64,000 bases of DNA from Acidimicrobiales bacterium (GCA_965204655.1 OZ241998.1:44427-108426), one strand, 5' to 3'; shown: positions 30,333-39,565, counted from the first letter of the stretch. Notes: a model not told the origin generated them from the letters alone. Translations and numbers: made by a program.

Positions 30333-31301
30333 CTATCTTTCTGCGAATGTCTGGCTTTCTTGGGGGCGTTCAGGGTTGTTCTGAAGCGTGTTTGGCTGAG
30401 GGGCGTCGAAGGTGTCGTTTTCCTCAAACGTCAGCAGGGGGCGTTCATTCCAGCGGAAGGCGCGCCTTTCCAGAGGTCTCATCAAAAAGCGGTCGATGAG
30501 CATTATCAGCAGGATGAACAGAAGCACCCAGGACACGAAGCCCGGGAACTCCTGAAAGTCATGCAGGAACTTTGCTCGCGCTCCCACACCGGACGTGGAG
30601 CCGAACCATTCAACGATCAGCAAGCTGTTCCAGCCCGCCATAAGAGCCAACCTGACGCCGGTGATGGCGCTCGGCAGAGTTCCTCCTAGGATCAGGTGCT
30701 GCGTACGGCGTAGAAGCGGTACACGGTAGGAGTTGCACATCTCCACGAGCCCTTTGTCGATGTTGCGCACTCCGGCACTCACGCTCACAGCCACGAACGG
30801 GGTAACGGTCAGAACCACTGCAAAGATCGGGCCTTGCGAAGTCAGGTTGAACCAGAGCGTGGAAAGGAATGCCCATACCACCGAGGGTAGAGCCAGTAAT
30901 GCGAGGGTGGTGTCGTTGAGGAGACCGCGCGCAATTGAAGACGCTCCGATGAGTACCCCTAGCCCAAATCCCGCCGGAATGCCGATGAGCAGACCGATTC
31001 CGTAGCGCTGAAGGCTCGTCAGGAGCGGTCCCCAGAAGTTGCCTCTGAGAGCCCCAGAGTGGATTCCTCCGGTCAGTTCAGTGATAAAGAAGCTGACCAC
31101 TTCTTGGATGCCCGGGATTCGAGCGTTGGTGAAGGCGACGAGTTGCCATACCGCCAGAAGTATCCCGATGGACAGAAGGCGAATAAACCAAGGGCGCCGC
31201 AGCACACCGCCGGCCTTTGCCTGCCCCAGCCGAGGTTCGCTCCTGGGGAGTTCTTTAGGTATGGCGTCGGGAAGCGTGCGGGGGTTTCCGAAGTCAGTCA
31301 T
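30333..31301 (-). CDS. ABC transporter permease (NitT/TauT family)
   Basis: Six-TM BPD-type permease profile, adjacent to a paralogous permease and the ATPase. Confidence 0.8.
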   Translation of the reverse strand: MTDFGNPRTLPDAIPKELPRSEPRLGQAKAGGVLRRPWFIRLLSIGILLAVWQLVAFTNARIPGIQEVVSFFITELTGGIHSGALRGNFWGPLLTSLQRYGIGLLIGIPAGFGLGVLIGASSIARGLLNDTTLALLALPSVVWAFLSTLWFNLTSQGPIFAVVLTVTPFVAVSVSAGVRNIDKGLVEMCNSYRVPLLRRTQHLILGGTLPSAITGVRLALMAGWNSLLIVEWFGSTSGVGARAKFLHDFQEFPGFVSWVLLFILLIMLIDRFLMRPLERRAFRWNERPLLTFEENDTFDAPQPNTLQNNPERPQESQTFAER

Positions 31302-31309
31302 AGTCTTCC

Positions 31310-32143
31310 TCAGGATTCCCCTAAGCGCCAGTGAGAAGCCCAGCGCTCTATTTGCCGAAGTACTAGGTGCTCAAAGATGAGCATTACGGCTATGAACAGG
31401 ACGGTCCAGGCCAACATGGCCTGTATGTCGTAACGTTCAAAGCTCGATCGGATCTGAAATCCAATTCCTCTTGAGGCGGCAAAGACCTCGCTCAGAAGTT
31501 CCATGCGCCAAGCCACGGCAAACGCTAGCCGCGCTCCGCCGAGCAAAGAGAGGAGTGAAGAGGGCAGCAGGACATCCCGAACGATCTGTTGGCGTGTTCG
31601 GCCGAAGGCTTCGCTCATGATGATCAGCCTGCGATCAACGCCAGTGATTCCTTGAGCCACGTTGATCGTGATGTACGGGGTCGCAACCAACATCGTGGTC
31701 AGGATTGGGCCGGCAGGGGAGATCCCGAACAGGATCAGCGACAGCACGGCGAAACCAATCGTAGGAATCCCGACGATCAGCTGCAGCAGATTTTGCAGCA
31801 GGTTCCTCCACCATTCGTTGTAGGCAATGAGGAGTCCTAGGATGGCGCTCAGAGCGATGGCTAGCAGGAAGCCGCTCAGCAACCTAGAAAGGCTGCTCCA
31901 AAGGTTCGCTCCGAAGCCGCCGCCTGAGATTATCTCTCCTGCCCGGCGGATTACCAAGTGAGGGGCGGGCAGCCTCGGATCGTTGATGATTACGTTAGAG
32001 AACAGGTACCAGATGCCGATGAAGGCGCCCCAGCCGACGAGTACGCTGAGTCTCACACCCCAACGACGCCAGACCGCCTTGCGCGCCTCTTGAGCGGAAA
32101 GTTCAGCGATAGAACTGGGAGTCAGGGAGGCGACGTCTGTCAT
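31310..32143 (-). CDS. ABC transporter permease (NitT/TauT family)
   Basis: Paralog of the downstream permease, with an EAA-like loop (MSEAFGRTRQQIVRDVLLPS). Confidence 0.8.
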   Translation of the reverse strand: MTDVASLTPSSIAELSAQEARKAVWRRWGVRLSVLVGWGAFIGIWYLFSNVIINDPRLPAPHLVIRRAGEIISGGGFGANLWSSLSRLLSGFLLAIALSAILGLLIAYNEWWRNLLQNLLQLIVGIPTIGFAVLSLILFGISPAGPILTTMLVATPYITINVAQGITGVDRRLIIMSEAFGRTRQQIVRDVLLPSSLLSLLGGARLAFAVAWRMELLSEVFAASRGIGFQIRSSFERYDIQAMLAWTVLFIAVMLIFEHLVLRQIERWASHWRLGES

Positions 32144-32148
32144 TCTGT

Positions 32149-33318
32149 CTACTCTTCCTCTGTTCCCTTACCGGGTGTGGAAAGACGGTCAGTAAGTCGT
32201 CCTAGGTCTCCCCCTGTATCGCTCCCGGATCCCCCAGGTTTCAAGATGTTTTCTAAGGCGGCGATCTCGCCCGCGAAAGAAAGATCGAATTGGGGGTTGG
32301 TTGCGTCTGGATCGACTAGTGCGGATTCCAGCATTCGGGAGAATATGTCGGAATTGGTGGCTTGGTCGTCCATACCTACATAGATGGAGGGAACGATCCA
32401 GTCCCGTTCATTGACGTAATTGATCATCCATTCGATCTGTCCGTCACCTTCAATTGAGAAGAACGTCGGATAGTTGGTGATGATCCTTGCCTTGTTCAAC
32501 TTCCATTCCTTGAGGGCTTCCTCCCAGAGGGACAGCAGAAAGTCGATAGAACGTTGATTGTTCTCAAACCAGTTTCTGTCAACCACGAATACTTCGTCTA
32601 GTGGCAGCGCAGAGGCGGATTCAGCGACTTCCTCTGAATAGAGTTCTGCGGCGGAGCGTCCGTCGTAGACGGCTCTCAAATCGCCTGAACTGAGATGGGA
32701 GGCGCTGGAGTCGGGGAGGCAGATACAAGCGTCTACCTGTCCGCGAATCACCAAGTCGGCGACGATCGTGGAATTAACGAACTCAAGGGAGAAGTCCCTT
32801 CCATTCTCCTTGAGGTCTAGGCCGTAGAGTTCTCTTGCTAGCACTCCCCACAACCTCGTGGATTCAACGGAGTTGCTGACAGCGATTTTCCTGCCCACTA
32901 GGTCTTCCAGGGAGTTGACCTGAGAATGACGATGTACCCCCAGGAAACTGCGGTCGTAGGTTAGCTTGCCCAGGATCACGGCGTCGCGTTCCGACTGCCG
33001 TACGATGTCGGCGACATCCATGGCGTTCATGATCACTATGTCGGCGTGACCGCCGGCAAAGACCCCGAAGTGATTAGAGAGGGTGTTATCGGCGACGCGA
33101 ATGTTCCAGTTGCTTTCCCACTTCGAGAGTGTGCCGCTGTCTTTCAGCCAATTCCAGAGCGGGTTCGGGCGAATGGCCAAGTTGATGACTGCCGCCGCCT
33201 CTTGCGGGTTTGCGGGTGGAGGATCACCGGGAGAGGTGTCGGGTGAACTGTTCCCCGATGCTGCGCCTCCTCCACAGGACGTCAGAATGGCGGTCACCGT
33301 TAGGAGGGCTGTCAGCAT
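32149..33318 (-). CDS. ABC substrate-binding lipoprotein (NMT1/SsuA-like)
   Basis: Start taken at the internal Met giving MLTALLTVTAILTSCGGG (lipobox). The body resembles SsuA/NMT1-type binding proteins. Confidence 0.75.
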   Translation of the reverse strand: MLTALLTVTAILTSCGGGAASGNSSPDTSPGDPPPANPQEAAAVINLAIRPNPLWNWLKDSGTLSKWESNWNIRVADNTLSNHFGVFAGGHADIVIMNAMDVADIVRQSERDAVILGKLTYDRSFLGVHRHSQVNSLEDLVGRKIAVSNSVESTRLWGVLARELYGLDLKENGRDFSLEFVNSTIVADLVIRGQVDACICLPDSSASHLSSGDLRAVYDGRSAAELYSEEVAESASALPLDEVFVVDRNWFENNQRSIDFLLSLWEEALKEWKLNKARIITNYPTFFSIEGDGQIEWMINYVNERDWIVPSIYVGMDDQATNSDIFSRMLESALVDPDATNPQFDLSFAGEIAALENILKPGGSGSDTGGDLGRLTDRLSTPGKGTEEE

Positions 33319-33337
33319 GCACGACGGCTTGCGCCCT

Positions 33338-34954
33338 CTACCCACTGGTTGACCCTTCCGCTCCCTGCTTGTCGATGTTCTCAAGGACTTCGGAAACATC
33401 GGTCCACCCTTTGCCTTCGATGGGGCGTAGACAACCCCAAGCGTTGAGAGCGCAAGCAGGATCGGCTTTGAGGGCTCGCATGTTGTCTGATCCGAACCTG
33501 TCTTCTGAATTGAATCCGATGTGGAGACCGTGAAGGGCGGTGAAACTGGTTTCTCCCAGAGCGGCGACCAGGGACTCGCGTGTCAAGGAGATTCCTGCTT
33601 TTGAAATTGCGCCGAAGATTACGTCGAGCGCGTCGCACATCGACATCATCAGTACCCAGGCGTCGGTGTGGTGCCGATAGGAAAAGGGCTCGACGTCCAA
33701 GCTGTTGCGAAGGGTATGGCATCCCTGGTCCAAGCCTGTCAGCGGGTCTCCCGGTGTTCTCCAAGAACTGGCTTGGACGAGATTCACGGATTGGCGGTCG
33801 GGTGCCCTGCCCAAGATCAGACTGGCCGTCTGGATGTCGTTTACTATCCAGGTAGGAAACCAATCGATCAAGTCGGCCTTGATCATGAGGCGACGCGTAT
33901 GCGCCCAGTTGCTGTCGGACACTACGGCAGTGATTCCCCCCGCCTGCATCTGAGCGGCCATGTTCGCGTAGAAATCGTCCATAGCGGTTAGAGTTTCCAC
34001 GGCCTCTTCGCTGAGGGGTGTATCTCCGGTACCGGCTTCATAGTGCCTTTTTTGCTCTTCCAGGAGCAGGATTCGAATATCTTCGAACGCCTCAGGTATT
34101 GGAATATTGGCTTCGATTCGAAGCCCCAGACTTTCAGCAAAGGCGGCAATTTCCGCGACCTTTGCATTGGTGTTATCTGTTTCGGGGTCAGTGGGTTTGG
34201 TGTACAGGAGAGCCAATCGATCGCTCGGCCCTATTTCGCCAACGTCAGAGGCTGTTATGAGGCTGCCCTTGAATTGATACTGGCTGGAGCCGCGGTCGTC
34301 GAAGAGAAGTCCGCCTGACATGGCGAAATACTCTTCTGAGAGAGAAGAGTTGATGGACAGCGTCGGGATTCCGGCGGCTAAGGTCAGACAATTGAAGAGT
34401 ACTTCGCTCATTCGCAGTGACAGAATCATTAAGGGTTGCTGCCCGGGCAACTCCGTGCACATTCTTATGATTTCCTCTTCGGCGTTGGCAACGTCCCAAA
34501 TGTTGATCAGGGGCTCAAAACAGTTGCCGTTTACTCCGCCATGCCTGTTTATCTCGTTGATGTAGGACTGCATTATCAGGTTGAGGGGTTCTAGATCCAA
34601 GACCTCCAAGCCAATCTGGGCTAGATTTTGGAGGTCGGGCTCTATCCATGCGATTTTGAACCTTCGCTGAGAGCCCTCCTCCCCGGAGAGGGCGTCCGAG
34701 CAGTTGCCGCCGCCCATCGGGCTTCCGCCTGCTGCCCTGATTCCTTCTCCTGGTCTGGTGTCGGCCAGGGTTCCGACTTGAGCCGATGCGTCCTCGGCTG
34801 TTGGAGTTCCGCTTTCTCCAGGGGTCCCTCCGCCTCCTCCGCAGGCGGACGCTAGAAGCGAGATTGCGAGGAGACCGGCAACTAGCAGCCGGACGTTTTG
34901 GGGCGATGGTCTGCGGTTTTGGAGTTTGGGGTCTGAGCGTAAGTTGATATTCAT
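33338..34954 (-). CDS. type-1 periplasmic-binding-fold lipoprotein (LivK-like)
   Basis: Start taken at the ATG at 34954, which overlaps the upstream stop (TGATG). It has an LLASACGGGGG lipobox and YINEINRHGGVNGNCFEP, which resembles the INxxGG[IV]xG motif of LivK-family binding proteins. Confidence 0.6.
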   Translation of the reverse strand: MNINLRSDPKLQNRRPSPQNVRLLVAGLLAISLLASACGGGGGTPGESGTPTAEDASAQVGTLADTRPGEGIRAAGGSPMGGGNCSDALSGEEGSQRRFKIAWIEPDLQNLAQIGLEVLDLEPLNLIMQSYINEINRHGGVNGNCFEPLINIWDVANAEEEIIRMCTELPGQQPLMILSLRMSEVLFNCLTLAAGIPTLSINSSLSEEYFAMSGGLLFDDRGSSQYQFKGSLITASDVGEIGPSDRLALLYTKPTDPETDNTNAKVAEIAAFAESLGLRIEANIPIPEAFEDIRILLLEEQKRHYEAGTGDTPLSEEAVETLTAMDDFYANMAAQMQAGGITAVVSDSNWAHTRRLMIKADLIDWFPTWIVNDIQTASLILGRAPDRQSVNLVQASSWRTPGDPLTGLDQGCHTLRNSLDVEPFSYRHHTDAWVLMMSMCDALDVIFGAISKAGISLTRESLVAALGETSFTALHGLHIGFNSEDRFGSDNMRALKADPACALNAWGCLRPIEGKGWTDVSEVLENIDKQGAEGSTSG

Positions 34955-37764
34955 CAGTAACCAGGGGGATAGTTGGGGTTTTCGGAGGCCGAAGCCATAA
35001 GGGATGCGGCTATGTCTGGCGACATTGCTTGCGCAGCCAGCATCGTGAAGGCGATCGGCTGCACCACTGCCCGAGATGTGGCGTCTATGTGGATTCTCCA
35101 TGGCCAGCGCGCGGCAGCCGAGGACGTTGCGCCTACCAGCGCTAGGTTTGACCCGGGGGAGACTGCTATTTGTCCTGCACGCTGAATCAGAATGTCGTGA
35201 CCCGGTCCCACCACCAAAACGTCGAGTTCGGCATCTCCACCGGTTGGTTCGGATTTGCTTGCTCTGACGAGAAGTTCCTCAAGATGGGGAGAGTCGAAAC
35301 TCGTGGACATTACGCGTTCCCAGCCCGGGCCTTGGGGCGTATCCACTCCTAGGGCTATGACTCTCACGCTTTCGGCCATGGGTGATGAGCCGAGTGCTTC
35401 CACTATGGCGGAGAGCAGGCTGGTGGACTGGGGTTCCGGTCCGGAAATCGCCAAACAACCGATTTCTTCGAAGTTCAGCAGCAAAGGCCCTTCTACTGTG
35501 TCTCCCACTGGGACGAGAGCCGGGCACAGCGATAAGCCTTGCCCGAAGGAGTCGAGGTGTTCTATCGTGACCCCTTCGGCCAATTCCAGTACGTAGCCTC
35601 CGGAGGCTGCCACCCAGTAGTCGGGTGCTTCGGTGGGCTGATCAAGCAGAACCTCAAAGCCGTAGGTACCCACGCGTACGGCAACCACCTTGGGTTTTCT
35701 TCTGAGTTGCGCCACTGTGACAGACCGCAAGTGCCGCATGGCTGCTTCTATGAGACGCAGGGAGTCCATCCTTGCGCTTTGCCTGAGCGATTCCTCTAGA
35801 GGGTCGTGCGCTTGCTCTCCGCTGTCCCCCCGGCGGCGGCGTAGTCGTGAAAGCTGCCAAAGCAACATTGCGTCGCCGATGGCGGTGCCGGCGAGGCTGC
35901 GCCGCGAAGCGATGATACTTTGCTCGGAAATTCTCGTTGAAGGATCGGCGCCGGTCATTGAAGGCATGAACTTCGGCAGAGGGGGCGCTTCTTGTTCTTC
36001 GAATTCCTCCGGAGCCAGGGGAGGAGGTTCGTAGGCGGAGGGAGCGGAAGGTTCGTAGCCGCCGGCGGCTGGGGTTTCGTATGTGTACGGGGTTTCTGGA
36101 GTTGGCGGCGGCGGTTCGTAGGCGGCGGGAGCCCCCGCAGATGCCGGTGGCGGCTCATATGCGGAGAGAGGGGGAGTGTCGGGGGGAGGCGGCGGGGGTT
36201 CTTGGGGGGCGGGCGGTGCTTCGTATGTGTGCGGGGCTTCTGGAGGTGCTGGTGGTTGTTCGTAGGCGGGCGAAGCGGGCGTGTCCAGCGCTTGCGTCGG
36301 TTCTTCTTGGACCGGAGGTGGAGGGGGCGCCACCGGGGGAGGGGCATGAGTGGTGGTCGGAGCGTCGGGCCCAGCACCGGCGGAGGGTTGAGGTTGAGGG
36401 TCGTAGTAGGTCGCCTCCTCCGGCTCTCGGCCCTCGGGCACCTCCGGCAACGATTGGTCAGCAGATGGCTGTTGGCTAGGTTCTGCCGTGAATGTCTGAG
36501 CGGCCTCTGCGGCCGCCGGGGCAGCAACGGGAGGGGGGGGAGAAACGGGGGGGTGTGTATCGGACGTCGGCGCCTCCGGAATCCCTGGCGGCTGCCCCGC
36601 TCCCAAACCGGGCAACCCTTCGATGTCTGGGAGGGCGGCCGTTTCAAGTTCAGCGCCATGCGCCAGCCCTCTCCAGAAGGGGACTACTTCTGCAGGATCG
36701 GGTTCTCTGCCCCAAGCGGCGTAGAGGAAACGTTCAGCTAATGTCCAGAGGAACACCGGATCAGGCTTGCCCCAGGGCATCGGATCCCCTGGAAGCATAA
36801 GGGCGCTGCCTATGGGTACAAGGTCGTCAGCCTCCAGAGACGCTATGGTTGGATACGCGGCGTTAAGAGTACGTAGTTCTTTCCATCGGGCAGGTGAGTT
36901 CAAGAATTGCGCAGAGATGCTGCGCAGAGTGTCGTCGGGGCGGGAGATGTAGTAGGCGCGCACCGGAATGATCTCCGGCGCTTCGGCGGGGAGGACTCTC
37001 GTTGAATCGCGAGGGATAACCTCTTCAGTGACTGGGGTGTCCGTAATGACTGGGGTGTCCATATACCCTTCAGCCGAGCGCTGCCACTCCTGACCTTCCG
37101 TTCCGTAGTGGCTGAACTCTTCTTGGCTGGCTACCCCTTCGCCCCCCCCTGTTTCAGGGAAGTAGCCGGGTGTCTCAGCGTGTAAGGGGGAGCCTCCACT
37201 GGAGCCTTGGGGAATTGTTTGATAGTCGGGAACGTCTTCGGTGTCTGAGGAGGTGACTATCACCTGGGTCTGGAAGTCGCTGACTGGCTCCTCAAAAATA
37301 GGTGGACTCTGTCGGTACCAGGGCAGTTCGGATTCGCCCTCCCCTGAGGGTGGGTGTGTCTCTATTGTGTCTAGTCCCTGACCAGGGCCGCTAGAACGAC
37401 GTCTTCCAGCCTTTGAGGTTTTAGGGCGGCGGGCGCCCCGCCTTGATCGGCTCACGAGCCCGACGACGAGGGCGATGAGGGCTCCGAGCCATGCGAGTGC
37501 CAGTACCCCTGAAACGATGTTGACAATGTTTTCTGAAGGGAGCGTTCCATCGGAAATAAGTTCTTGTGTGTTGGGCCATTCCGACGGCAGAGCGAATTGC
37601 AGAGGGCCGAGAATAAAGTTGGCCGCAAGTGGCAGAGCGATGAGTATGAGCAGCGCAATTGCGTTTCTAAGCAAGGCAACTCTTGCTGACTTCTCAACGT
37701 TTTCCTCAGATACTGGATTGTGGCTCTCAGTTTCTTGCTCGTTCCCCTGGGGGATTTGTGCCAT
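34954..37764 (-). CDS. 936-aa membrane protein: 2 TM, LysM-like segment, Pro/Tyr-rich repeats, degenerate FtsK/SpoIIIE-like C-terminal domain
   Basis: TM segments at aa 33-55 and 83-104, followed by RSRRGARRPKTSKAGRRR. LysM-like YYISRPDDTLRSISAQF...LVPIGSALMLP (nt 36790-36963). xAYEPPP repeats (nt 35965-36582). C-terminus: PVGDTVEGPLLLNFEEIGCLAISGPEPQSTSLLSAIVEAL...VRVIALGVD aligns by eye with the FtsK block LGKDI.G.PVV.DL...HLLVAGTTGSGKSV..N..I.SL...V.FI.IDPK but lacks GKS/T. Confidence 0.6.
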   Translation of the reverse strand: MAQIPQGNEQETESHNPVSEENVEKSARVALLRNAIALLILIALPLAANFILGPLQFALPSEWPNTQELISDGTLPSENIVNIVSGVLALAWLGALIALVVGLVSRSRRGARRPKTSKAGRRRSSGPGQGLDTIETHPPSGEGESELPWYRQSPPIFEEPVSDFQTQVIVTSSDTEDVPDYQTIPQGSSGGSPLHAETPGYFPETGGGEGVASQEEFSHYGTEGQEWQRSAEGYMDTPVITDTPVTEEVIPRDSTRVLPAEAPEIIPVRAYYISRPDDTLRSISAQFLNSPARWKELRTLNAAYPTIASLEADDLVPIGSALMLPGDPMPWGKPDPVFLWTLAERFLYAAWGREPDPAEVVPFWRGLAHGAELETAALPDIEGLPGLGAGQPPGIPEAPTSDTHPPVSPPPPVAAPAAAEAAQTFTAEPSQQPSADQSLPEVPEGREPEEATYYDPQPQPSAGAGPDAPTTTHAPPPVAPPPPPVQEEPTQALDTPASPAYEQPPAPPEAPHTYEAPPAPQEPPPPPPDTPPLSAYEPPPASAGAPAAYEPPPPTPETPYTYETPAAGGYEPSAPSAYEPPPLAPEEFEEQEAPPLPKFMPSMTGADPSTRISEQSIIASRRSLAGTAIGDAMLLWQLSRLRRRRGDSGEQAHDPLEESLRQSARMDSLRLIEAAMRHLRSVTVAQLRRKPKVVAVRVGTYGFEVLLDQPTEAPDYWVAASGGYVLELAEGVTIEHLDSFGQGLSLCPALVPVGDTVEGPLLLNFEEIGCLAISGPEPQSTSLLSAIVEALGSSPMAESVRVIALGVDTPQGPGWERVMSTSFDSPHLEELLVRASKSEPTGGDAELDVLVVGPGHDILIQRAGQIAVSPGSNLALVGATSSAAARWPWRIHIDATSRAVVQPIAFTMLAAQAMSPDIAASLMASASENPNYPPGY
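36076..36245 (-). repeat. 144-nt-period internal duplication in the Pro-rich coding region
   Basis: ttcgtatgtgtacggggtttctggag (36076-36101) recurs as ttcgtatgtgtgcggggcttctggag (36220-36245), 48 codons apart. ggttcgtaggcgg-type units recur between them. Confidence 0.8.
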
Positions 37765-37915
37765 ACAGGCGTAATCCTAACTTTGGGCAGGTATTGCAGA
37801 CATGTAACTCCTGCGACGTCCGCGCGACGTCTGCGTCGTACGCAGCATCTGTAATTCTATAGCCACACAAGCGAAATTAAGTGTTAGAAAGGCTTAGGAA
37901 GTTGCCGGCTGAGCT

Positions 37916-38470
37916 TTAAGAAGTTGACGCGATGATGGGGCATTCGCCAAGATGTTTGATGCTCTGTTCCTGGCTGCCGTCCGGCCTGATAAGAACGGCT
38001 TCAGCTGCCCCCCTGGCAAAAATAGGTTGTCGTTCTCTGCCTAGGCTCAGCATCGACCTCAACCTGTAGCCAGAGACCACGAGAACCTCCACCCGGGACC
38101 CTACGCAGTCCACGGAGGCGACGAGAATATCCTCCCCGTAGATGAGGGGGACTTTCCCCACGCGGTCTTCCGCAGCCTGCTTGGCGTCAGCTAGAGAACC
38201 TCCGCTTGCGATTGTCACGGAGGCGACTCGAGCAGCTTCGCTGGCCGCATGTGCTGCGTCCTGGCGGGCGGCGATGATACGAGGGGCGTCGTAGGCGATG
38301 CTGCTGAGCAGTATCAGAGCGACTGCGATGATGGCGATGAAAGGGGCGTACACGCCTCTTTCATCTTGGCGTGCTTCCTCACGGGTATGTCCTTTTTTCG
38401 AAGGAAGCGGAGATCCGATTGCTGCCAGGAGGCGCCTAGATCGACGGGCGGGCGTCTTGCGAGTTGACAT
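37916..38470 (-). CDS. TadG/TadE-like pseudopilin (Tad N-terminal domain)
   Basis: ERGVYAPFIAIIAVALILLSSIAYDAPRIIAARQDAAHAASEAARVAS matches the pattern of the Flp pilus-assembly TadE/G-like N-terminal domain. Confidence 0.65.
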   Translation of the reverse strand: MSTRKTPARRSRRLLAAIGSPLPSKKGHTREEARQDERGVYAPFIAIIAVALILLSSIAYDAPRIIAARQDAAHAASEAARVASVTIASGGSLADAKQAAEDRVGKVPLIYGEDILVASVDCVGSRVEVLVVSGYRLRSMLSLGRERQPIFARGAAEAVLIRPDGSQEQSIKHLGECPIIASTS

Positions 38471-38973
38471 CAGGTCGGCCTGGAGCGGTAGGGATCGAGG
38501 GTGGCGACGCCCACCAACAACCGCTCAGCGCTGAAGTAGGGTACCCCGAAACCACCTAAGAGTTTTGGGGGAATTCGGCATCTCAGGAATACGTAGACTG
38601 TTCCTGCGGGCGGGACGGAGTTGCTACTTCCTGCTGCGACTTCGTTGTCGTCGACGTCGGTGAAGACTATGTTGGCGTCTCCGACTAAGTCGTTGTTGCA
38701 GAAGACGCTGTTGAAGACGTTTGCCTCTTCCATCGATTCCAGGCTGGCTCGTACAACGGCAAGAGCGCCATTGTCGCCGTCGATGTTCTGACAGCAGATA
38801 GCTGCGGTTCGGGCGGCTCGATTGGCCGCGGCTTGCAGGGCTTGCTCGATGCGGACAGAGTCTGTGAGCGCAGAGAGGAGGACGATCATGAGCATCAAGG
38901 CAGGGAACAAGATCGCCACTCCTATGGCGGCTCCTGAACCGGCCTCGCAGCGTTCCCGAAACGACTTGCGCAT
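38470..38973 (-). CDS. TadE-like pseudopilin
   Basis: N-terminus EAGSGAAIGVAILFPALMLMIVLLSAL resembles the TadE signature (G-x-AxVEFALVxPxLL). Its stop overlaps the next start (TGATG). Confidence 0.6.
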   Translation of the reverse strand: MRKSFRERCEAGSGAAIGVAILFPALMLMIVLLSALTDSVRIEQALQAAANRAARTAAICCQNIDGDNGALAVVRASLESMEEANVFNSVFCNNDLVGDANIVFTDVDDNEVAAGSSNSVPPAGTVYVFLRCRIPPKLLGGFGVPYFSAERLLVGVATLDPYRSRPT

Positions 38974-38974
38974 T

Positions 38975-39451
38975 TCAGCAAGTCCAGGGGTCGGATTCAG
39001 TGAGTTCTGCTGCAGTCAGGTTGTCTAGCGGGCCGCAGGACAGAGCCGTAAGTTCCACTTCTCCCATTATGGGAGAGATGGTGCTAGCGAAGATCAGAGC
39101 CTGCACGACGCCTCTTCCCTCTTCCACGATTATTGCAGGGGGGCGGGTTTCTATCACGGTGCTGGATGAAGCAACCAGAGATATACGTGCTGCCAGCCTC
39201 CCTTCGGTTTCTCGCTCGCTCGCAAAGGCGCTCTGTGCAGCGATTACAGCGGCGTCGGCAGCCGACTGAACGGCGGTGCGGCCCATTGCCACGATCACGA
39301 GGTGAACTCCCATGAAGATCGTGAAGATGACCCCAAGGAACAGAATGGCAACGGGCATCGCCTCGCCGCGGGCGTCGTTGCCTGCTGCGCCGAGTGCTTT
39401 GCCCAGTTTGCTTAAGCAGGAAGAGCGTCCATGCGCCGGCGGACTTTTCAT
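38975..39451 (-). CDS. TadE-like pseudopilin
   Basis: ARGEAMPVAILFLGVIFTIFMGVHLVIVAMGRTAVQSAADAA, a TadE-like hydrophobic N-terminus. Confidence 0.55.
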   Translation of the reverse strand: MKSPPAHGRSSCLSKLGKALGAAGNDARGEAMPVAILFLGVIFTIFMGVHLVIVAMGRTAVQSAADAAVIAAQSAFASERETEGRLAARISLVASSSTVIETRPPAIIVEEGRGVVQALIFASTISPIMGEVELTALSCGPLDNLTAAELTESDPWTC

Positions 39452-39565
39452 TGCTCCCCTGGAGACCTCAACACAGCGCCTCTCCCTTTCTCGTTGGGAT
39501 GGAGCGGTTAAGTGATCCGCCGTGAAGGTGAATTAAGTCCTCAAACTTCGGCTTGAGTGTCTAGG

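Noticed and set aside
35955-36741. 234-aa and 249-aa ORFs in other frames and on the other strand across the Pro-rich repeat region
   Set aside because: They arise because the CCN/GGN-rich repeat DNA is open in several frames. Their products are pure Arg/Gly/Pro low complexity, whereas the 936-aa frame is continuous with structured domains on both sides.
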